Part shown: one piece after another, positions 12,359 to 32,300 of the stretch | Layout: each line of letters opens with the position of its first letter | Position numbering within the stretch: the first letter of the stretch is position 1 | Assembly: GCF_000150275.1 (NCBI RefSeq) | Contig: NW_002060943.1 | Location: forward strand, 10,850,878 to 10,914,877 | Source of the DNA: Trichoplax adhaerens | Lineage: Eukaryota; Animalia; Placozoa | Length of the DNA stretch: 64,000 bases | Reading direction: 5' to 3' | Made by a program: the position numbers and the translations under genes | Notes under the pieces: model-generated | The model's input: only the letters and a program-made list of their open reading frames with translations | What the model was told of the DNA's origin: nothing | Databases searched by the model: none

Positions 12359-12901
12359 TTTTTTTGAATGGTCTCCAGCTCACTATTCAGTAATTGGGGT
12401 AATGACGACACAGGAATGGCTTGCTATATGCATGACTAAAGCATGCTCTGGTTACATACTGTATCCTATAACGTTGGCTATTATTTCCTACACTTTACTG
12501 CCATACAACAAGCCTGTATAGAATGCTATCATTTTCGAGGCTGTTCACAGCTGCAGCGGCGTGCCATAGTCTAATCAAGCCACAGAAATTCTCCGATGCA
12601 CTTGATAGCTCGCCTTGAAGTATTTAGCTTGAAATAAACTACAAGATTGCAAGAGTGGCGTTGAAAGAAGATTCTACTGGCCACAGTTAAACAGCGGATA
12701 CACTTTCTAGACGCTAGCTTTCAAAGTTATTCAAGTTAGTACAGGTTGTGCTAAGGATCGAACTCGTTGTCAATCAACATTTACAATCAAATCCAAGTTG
12801 TTGCATCTTGGTAACTACTCTGGCCTAAGTGAGCTCTTAACGCAAATTACAACACTGTCTTTTTAATCGAATTAAACGAGCAAGTGGATTGATATCGAAT
12901 A

Positions 12902-15900
12902 ATGTCGCAAAAGAGGTTATCACAAGCAGAATTGATTGAGCTAGCAAAGCGTAAGAAATTAGAAAATCCTTCATCCGGAAATGACGAAGGTAGTGAGACT
13001 GAAGCAGATGATGATCTCAGCCAGCAGTCTTTAATGACACAAAGTAGAGCACCACCTCAAGTTAAGGTATTGTCGAGTTGACCTAACTTAAATTCAGATT
13101 AATGGCAGTTTTCATCTTTAAAATTTATGGTAGTTGTGCTATGTTTACTTTTAGTAGAGTTTATAATTCAAGCTACCTTTCCAAGAGTGCAGCAGTAAGC
13201 TATCAATAGTACGACCAATGACAACAGAGATTGGCTATACGATTTCACCTACTGTACTTACTTTCTACCTTGATGGAATCTTTAACCTAGCGCAATGCAT
13301 GAATTATTATTTATTACTAGTAAACCTGCCGTTCAAGTCTAATTTAATATAGCCACTGCCTATGTAGCACTCTAAAGTAAAAGGTACAAGTACAGCACGC
13401 GAAGTATCACAAGCGACGATTTCACTAGTAATAATACTGTAGCTCAAAGGATTAACTTGAGTAGTCAGAAGGTGCTTCTACGTAAAGTACTTGGCCACGG
13501 GTGCTTAACTTACGCAATCACGTCTCAATATTTACTTTCCCAAATGGCCATCTATATATTTAATTTTAAAATAAAAAATATGAATAGTAAAATGCCAAAG
13601 CCCGGTGTTACTAATTCACATTAGAGATAGTAAAATACTGTACGGTAGAAACCCTTTTGTACAGAATTACCAAGCTAAAATGGACACCTTGTTACTATAA
13701 GCTATTTATACAGTATGTATAATCCCATCAATCCAAATATGCCATTTACAGTTGGCTAGCATTAATTGCACCCCAAATTATTGATCAATAATGATCGGTG
13801 TAAAGTGCGCAGACCCCAAGCCCAGGACCAATGCACACAAACTAGCAACTAAATAGTGTTGAGAGAGAAGAGCCTAACTTTACTGTCTCTGTTTTGGCTC
13901 TATTTAATTATGATAACCTTGCACATGGGCCACAATAGAAAGAAGTCTTCGACTTTTACTAGTTATTCCTTGAAATTAAAATATTGTACAGTATAAGCAG
14001 ATTTAAAACAAAATCAAGGGGGAAAATTCTCAAAGTATACGTCTGGTGAATGTTAGCAAATGAATTAAATTAAATTAATTCCGCAGCGAAAGGAGTAAGT
14101 AATAGGTTACCGCATAGGCTTTCACTCCTATTATTAAATTATGGCTTCAAAAAATGTCTGGAACACATGTCATTACATTCAAGGCCCAGAGTGATGTCGT
14201 TAGTATTAAAATTAAGCGTAGCCTTGGGAGTATGAATGCCATAAACCAAGAGGAAAATTTCTGCTTTGTATAACCACAATTTTATCCCCTTAATTTATTG
14301 TGGACGTAGAATAGTATTTATTTTCAGACTAATCATACAAGTATGTTACTCATCTCTTGGTGTAATTTGATAGCTTATTTATATTTTGAGAGGCAACGAT
14401 TCCTGGATCGCTGTCATTATATACAATAATAATAATACTGTACATATTCATAGTAATATCCGTAAACTCTACACTGAAAGTAATTTTTCTATCATATACT
14501 GTCATTCAACTCAACAACCTCCTGATGTTGAGAATATGTATCAAAAATTAATATAATCCAATATCAAAGTACGTTAGTAGTATCTTAAAAGGTAATGGAA
14601 TGTTTCTGTTTAACAAGTGGTACCGTATTAATTAATATCATATCATTTCGTATTCATTGATAATTATAATTAATTAATAATAAACAATAACCAAAATGTG
14701 CATAACTACTTGATACATCTAATCCTTCATCGTAGTAAGATTTACTTCTATGTAAGACTATGACTATACAAAATTAGTCTTCTTTAATCGCTCACTATCC
14801 CGTCTCAACTTATGCTTTACAACAATTAGTTGATTATATAAAAAATAACTTGTTATAGCCCTAATTTATTAACAGCACTCCAGCACAAACCTCACTGCGG
14901 TAGGGCCATAGCAGCCAATCTTACAATCAGTGGTCATATGTAATTTTCAAAGTAATCTGTGTTAATAAATTATCAAAATTAAAACTATCGTCTGATTTAC
15001 AGTGCTGAAGTTTATTACAGATCATTATTCAACAATATTCAAACAAATTTTTATATCCTGTAGTAGCCATAGCAAAGTTGCAACACCAATACGTGCTTAC
15101 TTGCTCTAACATTACTAAACTTTGTCTAGTGCAAGGTATTCCTCAGGTCAGCATACTAGTACTAATTGTAAAACTAATTCTTAGATTTTCAACGATCCAA
15201 TTCATGGCCATATCGAAATGCATCCATTATGTGTTAAAATCATCGATACACCACAGTTTCAGCGATTGCGCTATATCAAACAACTTGGTAAGTTTATTAT
15301 CAATTAGTACGAGTAAATTTATATTTTCTTGTAATATACTTTATAAGTGCCACTATAATTTTCACAAGTCTGCATAGATTGCAATGATAGCTTCGCAAAC
15401 TGTCTTACATTTATCATCGTCTAAATAGACAGAAGTACTTATAAGTAATAAAGATACCTTTTTAATGTTACAAGATATAGTAGATTAGCGGCTATTAAAA
15501 ACTAAAAAATTTTACATTTCGTGATTTATTTAATAACAATGACTGCGAAATACCCCTATTATATATACATCAGTGGCCTACCTTAATCACAGTTAGTATA
15601 ACACGTAATATGGATACTTTTACGATCTTAAAGAAGAATATACGTTAATTAGAGGTAGTATTTTACTCTGCCTGTAAGCGAATGCAATTATCATATCGAT
15701 AGATAATACATGATTGCTTACATCCAAAAAGAGAATACATTAGTGACTTCCCAAGTATCACGAGAAATACGTACTCCTAAGTCATGCTACTGAATATATA
15801 CATAATCTTAATATAAAGTCTATAGTAAACATATTCAAATATTTCATACTCTACAGGTTGCACATTTTACGTATTTCCTGGAGCTGCACATACACGATTT

Positions 15901-18900
15901 GAACATTCGATAGGGTAAGCTGTAAAAGAAGTAACGATTGTTTTAAAAGTGCTAATCTACGTTTTACTATCACTATAAATCAAACTTAATCTTGCTCTAG
16001 TTATCCCCTTTAATTTGTTCTATTGATGCAGCATAAGCATACTGTCGCACCTAAGAAGTAAATAAATTGAAACTGGTACTGTAGCAGCGATAGTTTTATC
16101 AAATAGTGTCATACTATAATTCTAAGTCTAGATTCAAACTGAATTACTCAATTTCTGAATAAAGACATACAAATTTGTTATTTAAATCCTCATTACCTTA
16201 ACCATAAGGAGATTTTAATGATACGACAACTATAATTACACAATTACATTCCAATCCTTCTTTGTCTATATTGGTCAATAGGGTTGGTTATTTGGCATGG
16301 AAATTAGTTAAGAGTATACAATCTCGACAGCCTGAACTACGCATCACAGATGTTGATGTTTTATGCGTCAGTCTAGCGGGACTTTGCCATGATCTAGGTT
16401 AGTATTTTACTTCTTGCTTGTTGAATAATATAATTGGTCACAAGTGTTACTAATTTTAGTCCAATATAGCTAACAGATAGTTTATCGTGACAACTAGATC
16501 TAGTTGACAGTTACATACGCTCGTATATAGCTCACTTTGTAAATAAAAACCTGCAAGGGGAAAATGATATACGAGTACAGTAATCTCAGGAATTAAACAG
16601 TTGAGCCATATGATAGCCTCTTTATTATTGCTCCCAATTTTATTCTTAATAGCTCTCCTTTAATATCCAACAATTATGCATACCTTTCGTAGGACATGGT
16701 ATTCTCAGTCATGTTTTCGATAACGAATTCTTACCAAGAGTTCCAAAAGATGTCTCTAAGAAAAACTGGAAGGTGACAAATCTTAGCCGCCGCACTTTTT
16801 TGAAACAATTAAATTTTGTTATATGTCGAAAAACGGATTCGTATTACTTTATTATTTAATACTGATACAATGAAGCGAAAAGTATTAATATACCTTTCTT
16901 TCATGATATAAAATTTTGACTTACAGCATGAAGCTGGATCTGTGGCTATGTTCGAACATATGATAAAAACGAATGAATTAGAACCAGAGTTTAAAAAATA
17001 CGATTTATGTGATGAAGATATTTTATTTGTAAAGGAGCAGATTTTTGGACCAATTAACCAGGATGCCAAATTACGAGTAATAATATCAAGAGTTACTGTT
17101 TATTAAGAATAGATCACTGTTAAAGCATTATTACAGCTACGAATCTGAAATGATAATGTCCGTAAGTGTACCCTAACTACCACAATATATTTTTTATAGG
17201 GTCGGGGTCCAGAAAAGAGATTTCTCTACGAAGTAAATTTTCGAAATTCTCTTTAGTTAGCAATTAATAAATTTCTATATCATAAGGCTGAGCTCATGTT
17301 CTAAGCCTGTTATAGTACATAGATATCAAGGCGAAATATTAGCAAATTTTTTATTCATTAGATAGTAGCGAACAAACGTAACGGAATTGATGTCGATAAG
17401 TGGGATTACTTTGCACGAGATTCACACAATCTTGGCGTATCGATTTCCTTTGATCACCGGTACATGAAAGCAATATTATCGAACAGTGATAAATCAGAAA
17501 ATCCTTTACCTGTATTGGTTCTATTACCTGATATTAATATCTTCTTTACATTTCTGATTCAAACCTTAGGCGTTCTATGCATTTTGTGCGAGCAATAAAG
17601 GTTAACGATGAATGGCAACTTTGTACCAGAGATAAGGTAAATTTTAAACCTCTTTTATACAGAGTTACAAAATATGCTAAAACTAACATAAAGCTTTTAC
17701 TTTCTTTATGATGTAATAGGAGGTTGACAATACGTACGATATGTTTTACACACGTCATATGCTTCACAAACGTGCTTACCAGCACAAAACCGTAAAATTA
17801 ATAGAGTCCATGTGAGCCATTCTTTCCATATTTAGAAATTGTTTATTGGATTGCAATAGTTAATTAAATATTACCACTAGGATTGTCGAAGCACTCTTAA
17901 TAGCAAATGATCATTTAAAATTTCCAGGAGCCAACGGAAGGTCTCTTCAGTATTAGCTGGCTAACTTACTAATCATTTATCCTAATTTTTTGTTGCTTCG
18001 GTACTTAATTAAATATAAATAACATAAATAATTTATTGATTCTACTAGGATGCTAAAACTGTCTGAGACTATAAATGACATGGTAGCATATACTAATGTT
18101 ACTGATTATGTAATCCAGCAAATTAAGCTGTCGACTGACCCAAAGTTAGATGACGTAAGATACTGTTATTCTCACGTTTTTACTGTTACCTTCATAGAAA
18201 CAAGCATAAGATACTTTTATCTTATAATTAGGCTCGTAAGATTCTTCAAGCCGTAGAAAAACGCCAGCTGTACAAATGTGTTGGACGCACGGCCCCGTTC
18301 TCGGTAGCCGAGTTAAACAAGGTTGATTGTGTTTATTAAAACCTGACTACAGTAATTGAAATAACATACCAAACTTTAAGCAATACATTTAATTGTGTAT
18401 GAATACTACTTTTCGTAGACCGAAGATCAGATTCAAAATGAGATTGCTGCATGCAGTAAAGACCTGGGAGATTATTGTCATGTAACCAGTAGAGATGTTC
18501 ACGTTCGTGTAAGTTACAGACGTAGGAGGTACTTTTATGAGTTTCATTGTAACGTATTAATATTAACATCGATACTGAGTAATATCTATTTACCAACAGA
18601 AAGTTAACCTTAATTATGGAATGAAAGATGAGAATCCTATCGAACACATACGCTTCTACTACAAGTATGACGAAAATAGAGCAATAGCTTTCAAGAAAGG
18701 GGAGGTACGAAATAAAAAGCAGAAATTTAAAAATTTGAAGACGGAGACAGTATACCCTTTGTAACCTACAGGAATAATTTATCATGATGTGATGACTTCA
18801 CGGTAACTTTTATGATTCAAGCTTCTAATTTAAATAAAACTACTAAATTTTGTTAAACAGGTCAGTAGGATGCTACCTGAATCCTTTAACGAGCAGTATA

Positions 18901-19453
18901 TTTTGGTTTCCAGCCGGAATAGGGATAAAGAAGTAATTAATGATGTTAAAAGGTAAGACAATAATTCATACTTTGAAATAAATCGTTATTTTAGTGTCTG
19001 GTATCTGCTACCGTATTAAAAGATTAAAAGTTAGCTGAAGATCTCCGTTACTTTGCTCCTAATACTGTAGCTTATCACAAGCATGCTTATTGTCTTAGTA
19101 TTAATCAATCATATTGTCTAATTATTTCAATAAACCATAGATGTTTTATTGAATGGTGCAGGAGAAACAATCTACCAAAGCCTAAAGTAATGCTTACTTG
19201 AATTTATTAATATTTATAAATAATAATCACATTGCTATTGCTAAATAGACTGTAGTTGAATTAAAATTCGTAAGAGGAACCATACCGAAAATTATCAGGA
19301 CATTACTTCTAAACTAGTAACGATACTAATTGTTTAATTTCTACACAGAGCGCAAAAGTAGGCGAGGAACTCACACCTATGAAAAGTAGAAGAAATTTTA
19401 AAGAAGAAACTCATGAACGGACGGATCATAAACTAAAACCCCTCGAATTTTAA
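12902..19453 (+). CDS. SAMHD1: SAMHD1-type HD-domain dNTP triphosphohydrolase, apparently without a SAM domain
   Basis: Exon 1 (12902-13066, MSQKRL...KRKK...PPQVK) joins in phase 0 to the exon at 15185 ([34 protein letters not shown]). Later exons read [40 protein letters not shown] and YGMKDENPI. The last exon ends ...[10 protein letters not shown]...PLEF* at 19453. Confidence 0.95.
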
Positions 19454-21098
19454 CTAAAGGTTGCTGTACTCGAGGTAAATACGAAATCACTTACAACGTT
19501 CGTATTTTAATTTATACAGTACAGTAGAAGATCCAAGAATTAAAATTTACTCATATTATTGCAATTTTTACAGCTAGCAGCAATATTATCCATTCATTTC
19601 TATTGACTTCGTTAAAGTTTATCTATCCTGGTTGTTTCGTTAATGCGTATTGTTTTTATTAGTATTGAAGCCATAGCTTCAATAGTAGCAAATTCATGGT
19701 CTTAATATTTAAATTTCAAATAATGTACTGTTATAACTATTTTTGTTGGCTTTGTAAAATCGTATCTCCACATACGAAGTACGATATCATGTATCACGTG
19801 TTATTGCTTAATTATACACTGACTATATCTAAAATTGATAATTAATCTTTACGAAATTTTGGCATACCAATACATCCACTGATTTTTTTAATTTCCGTTA
19901 CTTTAATATTATTTTAATCCAATCCCGGTGTATTTTCCGCTAACCTTAATTACTGTTATTAATCTAATTATATTTTAATTAGTCTTTAAGACTAAAAAAT
20001 TTTTACGTTAGTTCTCAGTTACTGTTAACAATTTCATGAATAATCGGTCGCATTTTGATTCAACGTTTTAAATCTTTGGAGTTTCCTTAATAAAAGCTTT
20101 TAAATTCTTACTAACTGCGTCATCGATTTGGGGTCTCGCTTTAGCGATCGGTACTAATTGTATCATCAATAATCAGGTTTCAACTTGTTAACCAGTTTAG
20201 AGCGTCCTACTGTGCTTTGCTAATTCAGTACAATCTATAGAAGTAGAAGAAAAAGCTTTCTTATATCGCCATGGTGCAATCTTTCATTGCAAAGCCATAT
20301 CAATTAATTCAGTGCGACAACAAATATTTAGACCACTTTTTAATACCGATGTTTTTTACATATGTAACTATATATTACAATACGTATATATATTTTCTAA
20401 AGTATGTTACTTTAAATAGGTAATGTTTTTAAAGATGTCTAGAAAATAGTCTACATCGAAGAATAAAATACTAAATACATAAATATTTGAAATGTTATTC
20501 ATTCAAAGAAACGTCGTAATGTTTACAATCAAGCGGCAACAAATGCGAATAAAATAGTGTAAATTAATTAGTCCACGCCTTGGTAGCTTATGATTCTGAT
20601 ACAGATACCAGTTAGCTGTATTTTAAGAGCACGTACAGCGTAATATACTGATTGTAGTTTCGTAAGTCATTATTAAACTGATTCAATACTGAAATACACG
20701 TAAACAATATTATAATAGTTTCAAAGTAAAAGTTTTATCATTAATTAAGAAGGCTACGGCTTTGTCATTATCAAATGAGAAATCAGAAAATATTTTACAT
20801 AATCTTTTAGATAATTTGCAAAATCTCCTATCAACAATGCTAACGTACAATGCCACCATTATCAGATAAGTTTTCCTCAAGTCACAACCTACAGCAATTA
20901 TAAACATCAGTACAATGTATGACAGTTTAAAATAATTTTACTTTTTAATTTTTGATCAGGGGGTATTTTATAGCATTAAATTGATTAAATTTAATATTTA
21001 AAGTTAGTCCATCACTGCATTTTTAATTGGCTAACGTCAACATTAAATTATAAGGAATAAATTGAAAATGATGGCTATATTTAATAGTAAACTTACAA

Positions 21099-28007
<6,909 letters not shown>

Positions 28008-28503
28008 ATTACAGATCAATACTACAGTATTATGCACTCGATTGGTCTAGATTAAGACAAAGAACACTATCTCTAGCTAATGCAAGAGAGGAAATAACGA
28101 CAAATTGGAGTATCGATTGAATAAAGCAGAAAAAGAGTTAGCCAAGACGATCCAAGATCATCAATCTATCGTCGAGACATGATTCGATTAACTAGCATCC
28201 ACCAACTTGTCTATCTATTCGTCTCCACCAATACCAATGCAGTAAGTAAATCCTCTACTATTCTACACTATAAATCAATCCTTTTCTTCCTTTGAACGCT
28301 GAATTTTACAGCATACAGCAGTAAATGCTGCCAATGGATCCAAGATATCAACAAGGATAGAGCGAATTTTCTCCCTTTAAGTGTCTTGATCCACAAACGA
28401 TTGTCAATGACGAGAGGGCGATGAATGGTCTTGGTGTTTTACTTAGCAGCTGAGCTGAGACGTGTCATATCGCCCGTCGAGTCTACAATACTATCCGTAT
28501 TGC

Positions 28504-28613
28504 CTGTAGTACTGTACTGTAGCCACTCCAGGTTTGGACTGTAGGGTGAAAGAAAAACCGTGGTACAGTGTACAGTGTACAGTACAGAACAGTATACTGC
28601 ATTGTACACTGTA
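28504..28613. promoter_or_regulatory. CAGTA/TACTG array upstream of ATP2C1
   Basis: ctgtagtactgtactgtag ... gtacagtgtacagtgtacagtacagaacagtatactg, next to a probable non-coding first exon (minus-strand donor near 28441). Confidence 0.6.
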
Positions 28614-28655
28614 GCATTTTCGAAAAAAAACGATCTCCGTCACACAGCACGAATA

Positions 28656-28762
28656 ACATACTAGTCCTTTCATTACGACATACTAGTCCTTTCATTACGA
28701 TATACTAGTCCTTGAATTACGACATACTATTCCTTTAATTTCGACATACTAGTCCTTTAATT
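28656..28762. repeat. 22-bp minisatellite, about 5 copies
   Basis: Unit gacatactagtcctttcattac repeated with few substitutions. Confidence 0.92.
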
Positions 28763-28838
28763 TAATTTATTTGAATTAGAATACGCAGTATGCGACACAG
28801 ATGCACCGGTGTGAGTGACGAACTAAAAGTAAACTGTT

Positions 28839-28848
28839 GTGACGTCAC
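28839..28848. promoter_or_regulatory. Palindromic CRE (GTGACGTCAC) upstream of ATP2C1
   Basis: Full TGACGTCA octamer extended to a 10-bp palindrome, in a CpG-richer promoter-like island. Confidence 0.45.
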
Positions 28849-28931
28849 CGTGGACATGCGTAGTCATCCACAAATTAAAACTAATACTGTACGGTAATTT
28901 GAGTCTCAGTCAGTAATGCATTGACTGAGGA

Positions 28932-29017
28932 CTACAGTACTGTACAAGTGTACTGTACAGTACAGTACAGATCTGTCAACGGTTTTCTACAGTACTGTAC
29001 AGTACAGTACTGTACAC
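28932..29017. repeat. CAGTA/TACTG palindromic array
   Basis: ctacagtactgtacaagtgtactgtacagtacagtacag ... ctacagtactgtacagtacagtactgtacac. Confidence 0.85.
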
Positions 29018-29052
29018 AGGGATTCAAAAAATGAGGGAAAAGTTTTCCTCAA

Positions 29053-29390
29053 AAGAAGACCTAGACAGATCACTCTTGGACGGACAGATACTGTTGGCCT
29101 CAACTTGTCCAAATACTGTTCCAAATACCTCGTTAGAACAGCAGTTTAGTATAGAAACGATCCAATTGGAATGGATTAATTTTTTCCACTAATAATATTA
29201 TATTGAATTTTATTATCTGTAACTAAGTGCTGCTTGGAAACAGATCGTCGATGCTATTTTAGTAATTAAATTAGTGCCAATGATTTCGATACGGAAGCTC
29301 CATACTAAGTCACCATTTTTCGATATTGACGGCCTCATTTGGTCAGAAATGTCCGTCTGTCTGAGGGAGTGATCAGTCAAGGCCTTCTTC
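29053..29390. mobile_element. Possible degenerate MITE-like element with ~36-bp imperfect terminal inverted repeats
   Basis: aagaagacctagacagatcactcttggacggacaga (29053-29088) resembles the reverse complement of tccgtctgtctgagggagtgatcagtcaaggccttctt (about 29352-29389). The interior is non-coding and no target-site duplication is clear. Confidence 0.35.
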
Positions 29391-32300
29391 TAGTGACATA
29401 ACAGCGGAGACTTTTATGTTGAAGAGGCTAACGTTAGACAAGGGTGGATGGAAAGTTGTTGGGAATTTCTAGGTGTATTCCGACTAAAATGGCTACTAAA
29501 TTTTCATACATTTTAATTGAAGGTTTAATTGTGCGCACAGTACAGTCTCTACTGTACACTGTATGCAGTACACTTGACCTATGGTCAGTGATTATGAAGG
29601 ACTGAACAAGAGGAAAGAAAAGGATCTGTCAAACCTATACATAAGACACAAATACTGCGCTACTGCATAAAAGGACAGCCATGGACTACTAAATGACGAT
29701 GCATCTCGTAGTCCATGGTACAGCACTCCATTATGATCATGCAATGATATTGTAGCGGTAGTGTAAATAAGCAGATACAGTAGAACCGTGATGGACTGGG
29801 GACGAAAGTAGTCGTCATGAAATAGTTCAAAGTGATATCTGTGCAGGTTTTTCGGAAGCGGGATACAAAAAAGTCTAAATGAAGGGTTCCTGCATCTGTG
29901 TTAAGGATAGGGTGAGGATGAAATAAAGAATGGAACTTGGATCGCATTGCTTGACTAACGTAATAAATTCTGCAAAAAGAATGTAATAATAAGTATGTCT
30001 AATACTGTACTATTCTGATATTCAGCATAGATAGGATGAGCCTATACACGTAAACTGACTCATCTAGGACTTACTTTCCTCCATGCTAAAAAGACTGAAC
30101 CTTAAATGAGAGAAAAAACTTTATCTACCCTCTATGCACCTGCCTAAGAATCTCCTCTACAGCACTTTAGACAGATAGTCTCACTAAGAGGATTCAATTC
30201 TACTACTGTACTTGATTTAGTATTAGTAGTCTATAAGTAATTTTTGGGTGACATATTACATTGTCCAACGGCTATTTCGGGCAGAGAGGTTGCTCGCGTG
30301 CTTCAGGATCACTTTCGGTTGCTTATGTTATTATATATCAGCGGCTAAATGTGATCTACAAACGTCTTAGTAACTTTATGCTTCAGAGGAAAACCTTGGT
30401 TTTACGGGGATGTGAATTGTAAATATTCGTCCAGCTCAACGCATATTATCAACATTACCCAAAACACACAGTGCACGCTCTTGCTGCTACTCCACAGAAT
30501 TAACTGCAGCTTGATTAGCCATGATCAATTATCTTGACTTGTTTCTATACGCTATTACTTTCTCCTTTTAAACAACAGACTGCGCTTGTCATTGGTATAA
30601 TCAATAACTGCAAAAATAGAAGAATTTTCTCTTGTTTTTGAATTTTAATATGCTGTACATTGATCTGCTCGACAATCGGAGACTTCGATTAGTTAACTAT
30701 CTCACGAAAATTTAGACGCCTTTGCTTCTACGTTAAACAACTATAGAACTCTTCTTTTATTCAACTATCTGCCGAGCTAAAATACCCTTCGGCAGCTGCT
30801 ATAATGTATGATTCATAACAGTTCAAGAAATTTAGTTTATATTGGATAGCTAAATTAGTACAGAAATTATTCATAATCTTGGATGTACTGTACAGTACTG
30901 AACGATTCTAGATACAGCAACTAGATTACACTATGTCCATACACAGAATTATTTATAGTATCATCTACTGTATAATTGAATATCTTCAGGACATTCATCA
31001 CAAACGTTACAAAACATAACACTACAATCAATTAACATTATTACCGTCTAAGAACTCTTACTAAAGTACAGGACAATTTACTGTAACAAAATAATAACTA
31101 CCGTAGTTCTTACTGCAAGTCATTATTAGTTATCTCCATATATAAATGTTAACCACTAAATTTAGTCATTTACTCTCCACGGTGGTTCGTACCGTGACAG
31201 TGCGATATTGATATTTTATCTTCCTTGGCCGTAAAAAAAAAAATATAATAACTGAAATATCGACTGTCTCCATTGATATCTGCTCGAACCATCGAATTCA
31301 CTTTTCTCTTAATTCGATGACTTAAAATCGGTTAGAATTCTTGACTGATATACAGGGTATAATAATAAATAGGACCATAAGGTTTGCAGCAAATACTTTT
31401 CCATTCGCCAAATTTTATCGACAGAAATATATCGGAAGGCGCCATCATGTGTAACTACAGTCTCCATGCGCATTTTTCGTGAAAGTGTAAAATGTAAATG
31501 TATAAAGTTAACTAATAACATCTGTTTTACAATATTTGATAAAAATAGAATACTGAGAGCGTCTTAATGTCAATATCATTCCTATTCCATGAAAGGAAAT
31601 TACATTGGCTAAAAGTTATAATAGGAATTGTTCATTTCGTTGGCATGATTATTATAATTATCAGCAATTAGGTGTCTATATTACCATGAGTAGAGAGAAT
31701 AGGTAGGGAGAAAACTAAATTTTTTCTATAAAGACTCTGAAACCGTGGATCCAATTACCAATTCTCGTTCAGAAATTAAAGCTATCAGTACGCGTCATCT
31801 AATTTCTAATGCAGCCTTTGAAAGTCATTGATCATGAATTTCAAGGTTCACCTACTCACTTTACTCGCCATATACATCAATGTGAAACTTCTTCTACTTC
31901 AAATACGTACTCAAGGTTGAAATCAGACTTGCCCAATATACTAAATTCCCTATTGTCGTTAATCTATTTACATTAACCTACGGTGCAATGCACGTAAAGT
32001 AATTATAATCACATTAGACCATAGTCTTAAGATTAGAATAAAAGCCTATTGAAATGTAAATATCATCGTGGGCTTCAATGTCGGGGTATCAGTTCTTTCC
32101 AGAACCTCTTTTAAATTCTACCATTGGTAACAAACAAGAGCTGAGTAATGTCATGCCTAAACTGCCATGATGAGATAGACGATAAATAATATGACTGCTT
32201 GGCAATACTGCATTATAATGAGCAAAAATAAAACAACAAACTAATATAATATATTTTAAATCCACTGTAGTCTAGATCATCTTATTTATCAATCATTTTT

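Noticed and set aside
13485-13522. 5S rRNA gene
   Set aside because: Only a short, gapped resemblance to the internal promoter; no full ~120-nt structure.
28656-28762. Regularly spaced repeats as a CRISPR array
   Set aside because: Units are head-to-tail with no unique spacers, there are no cas genes, and the context is eukaryotic.
31309-31521. Short ORFs or a possible GPCR relic near 31.3-31.5 kb
   Set aside because: No ordered motifs or convincing splice signals.
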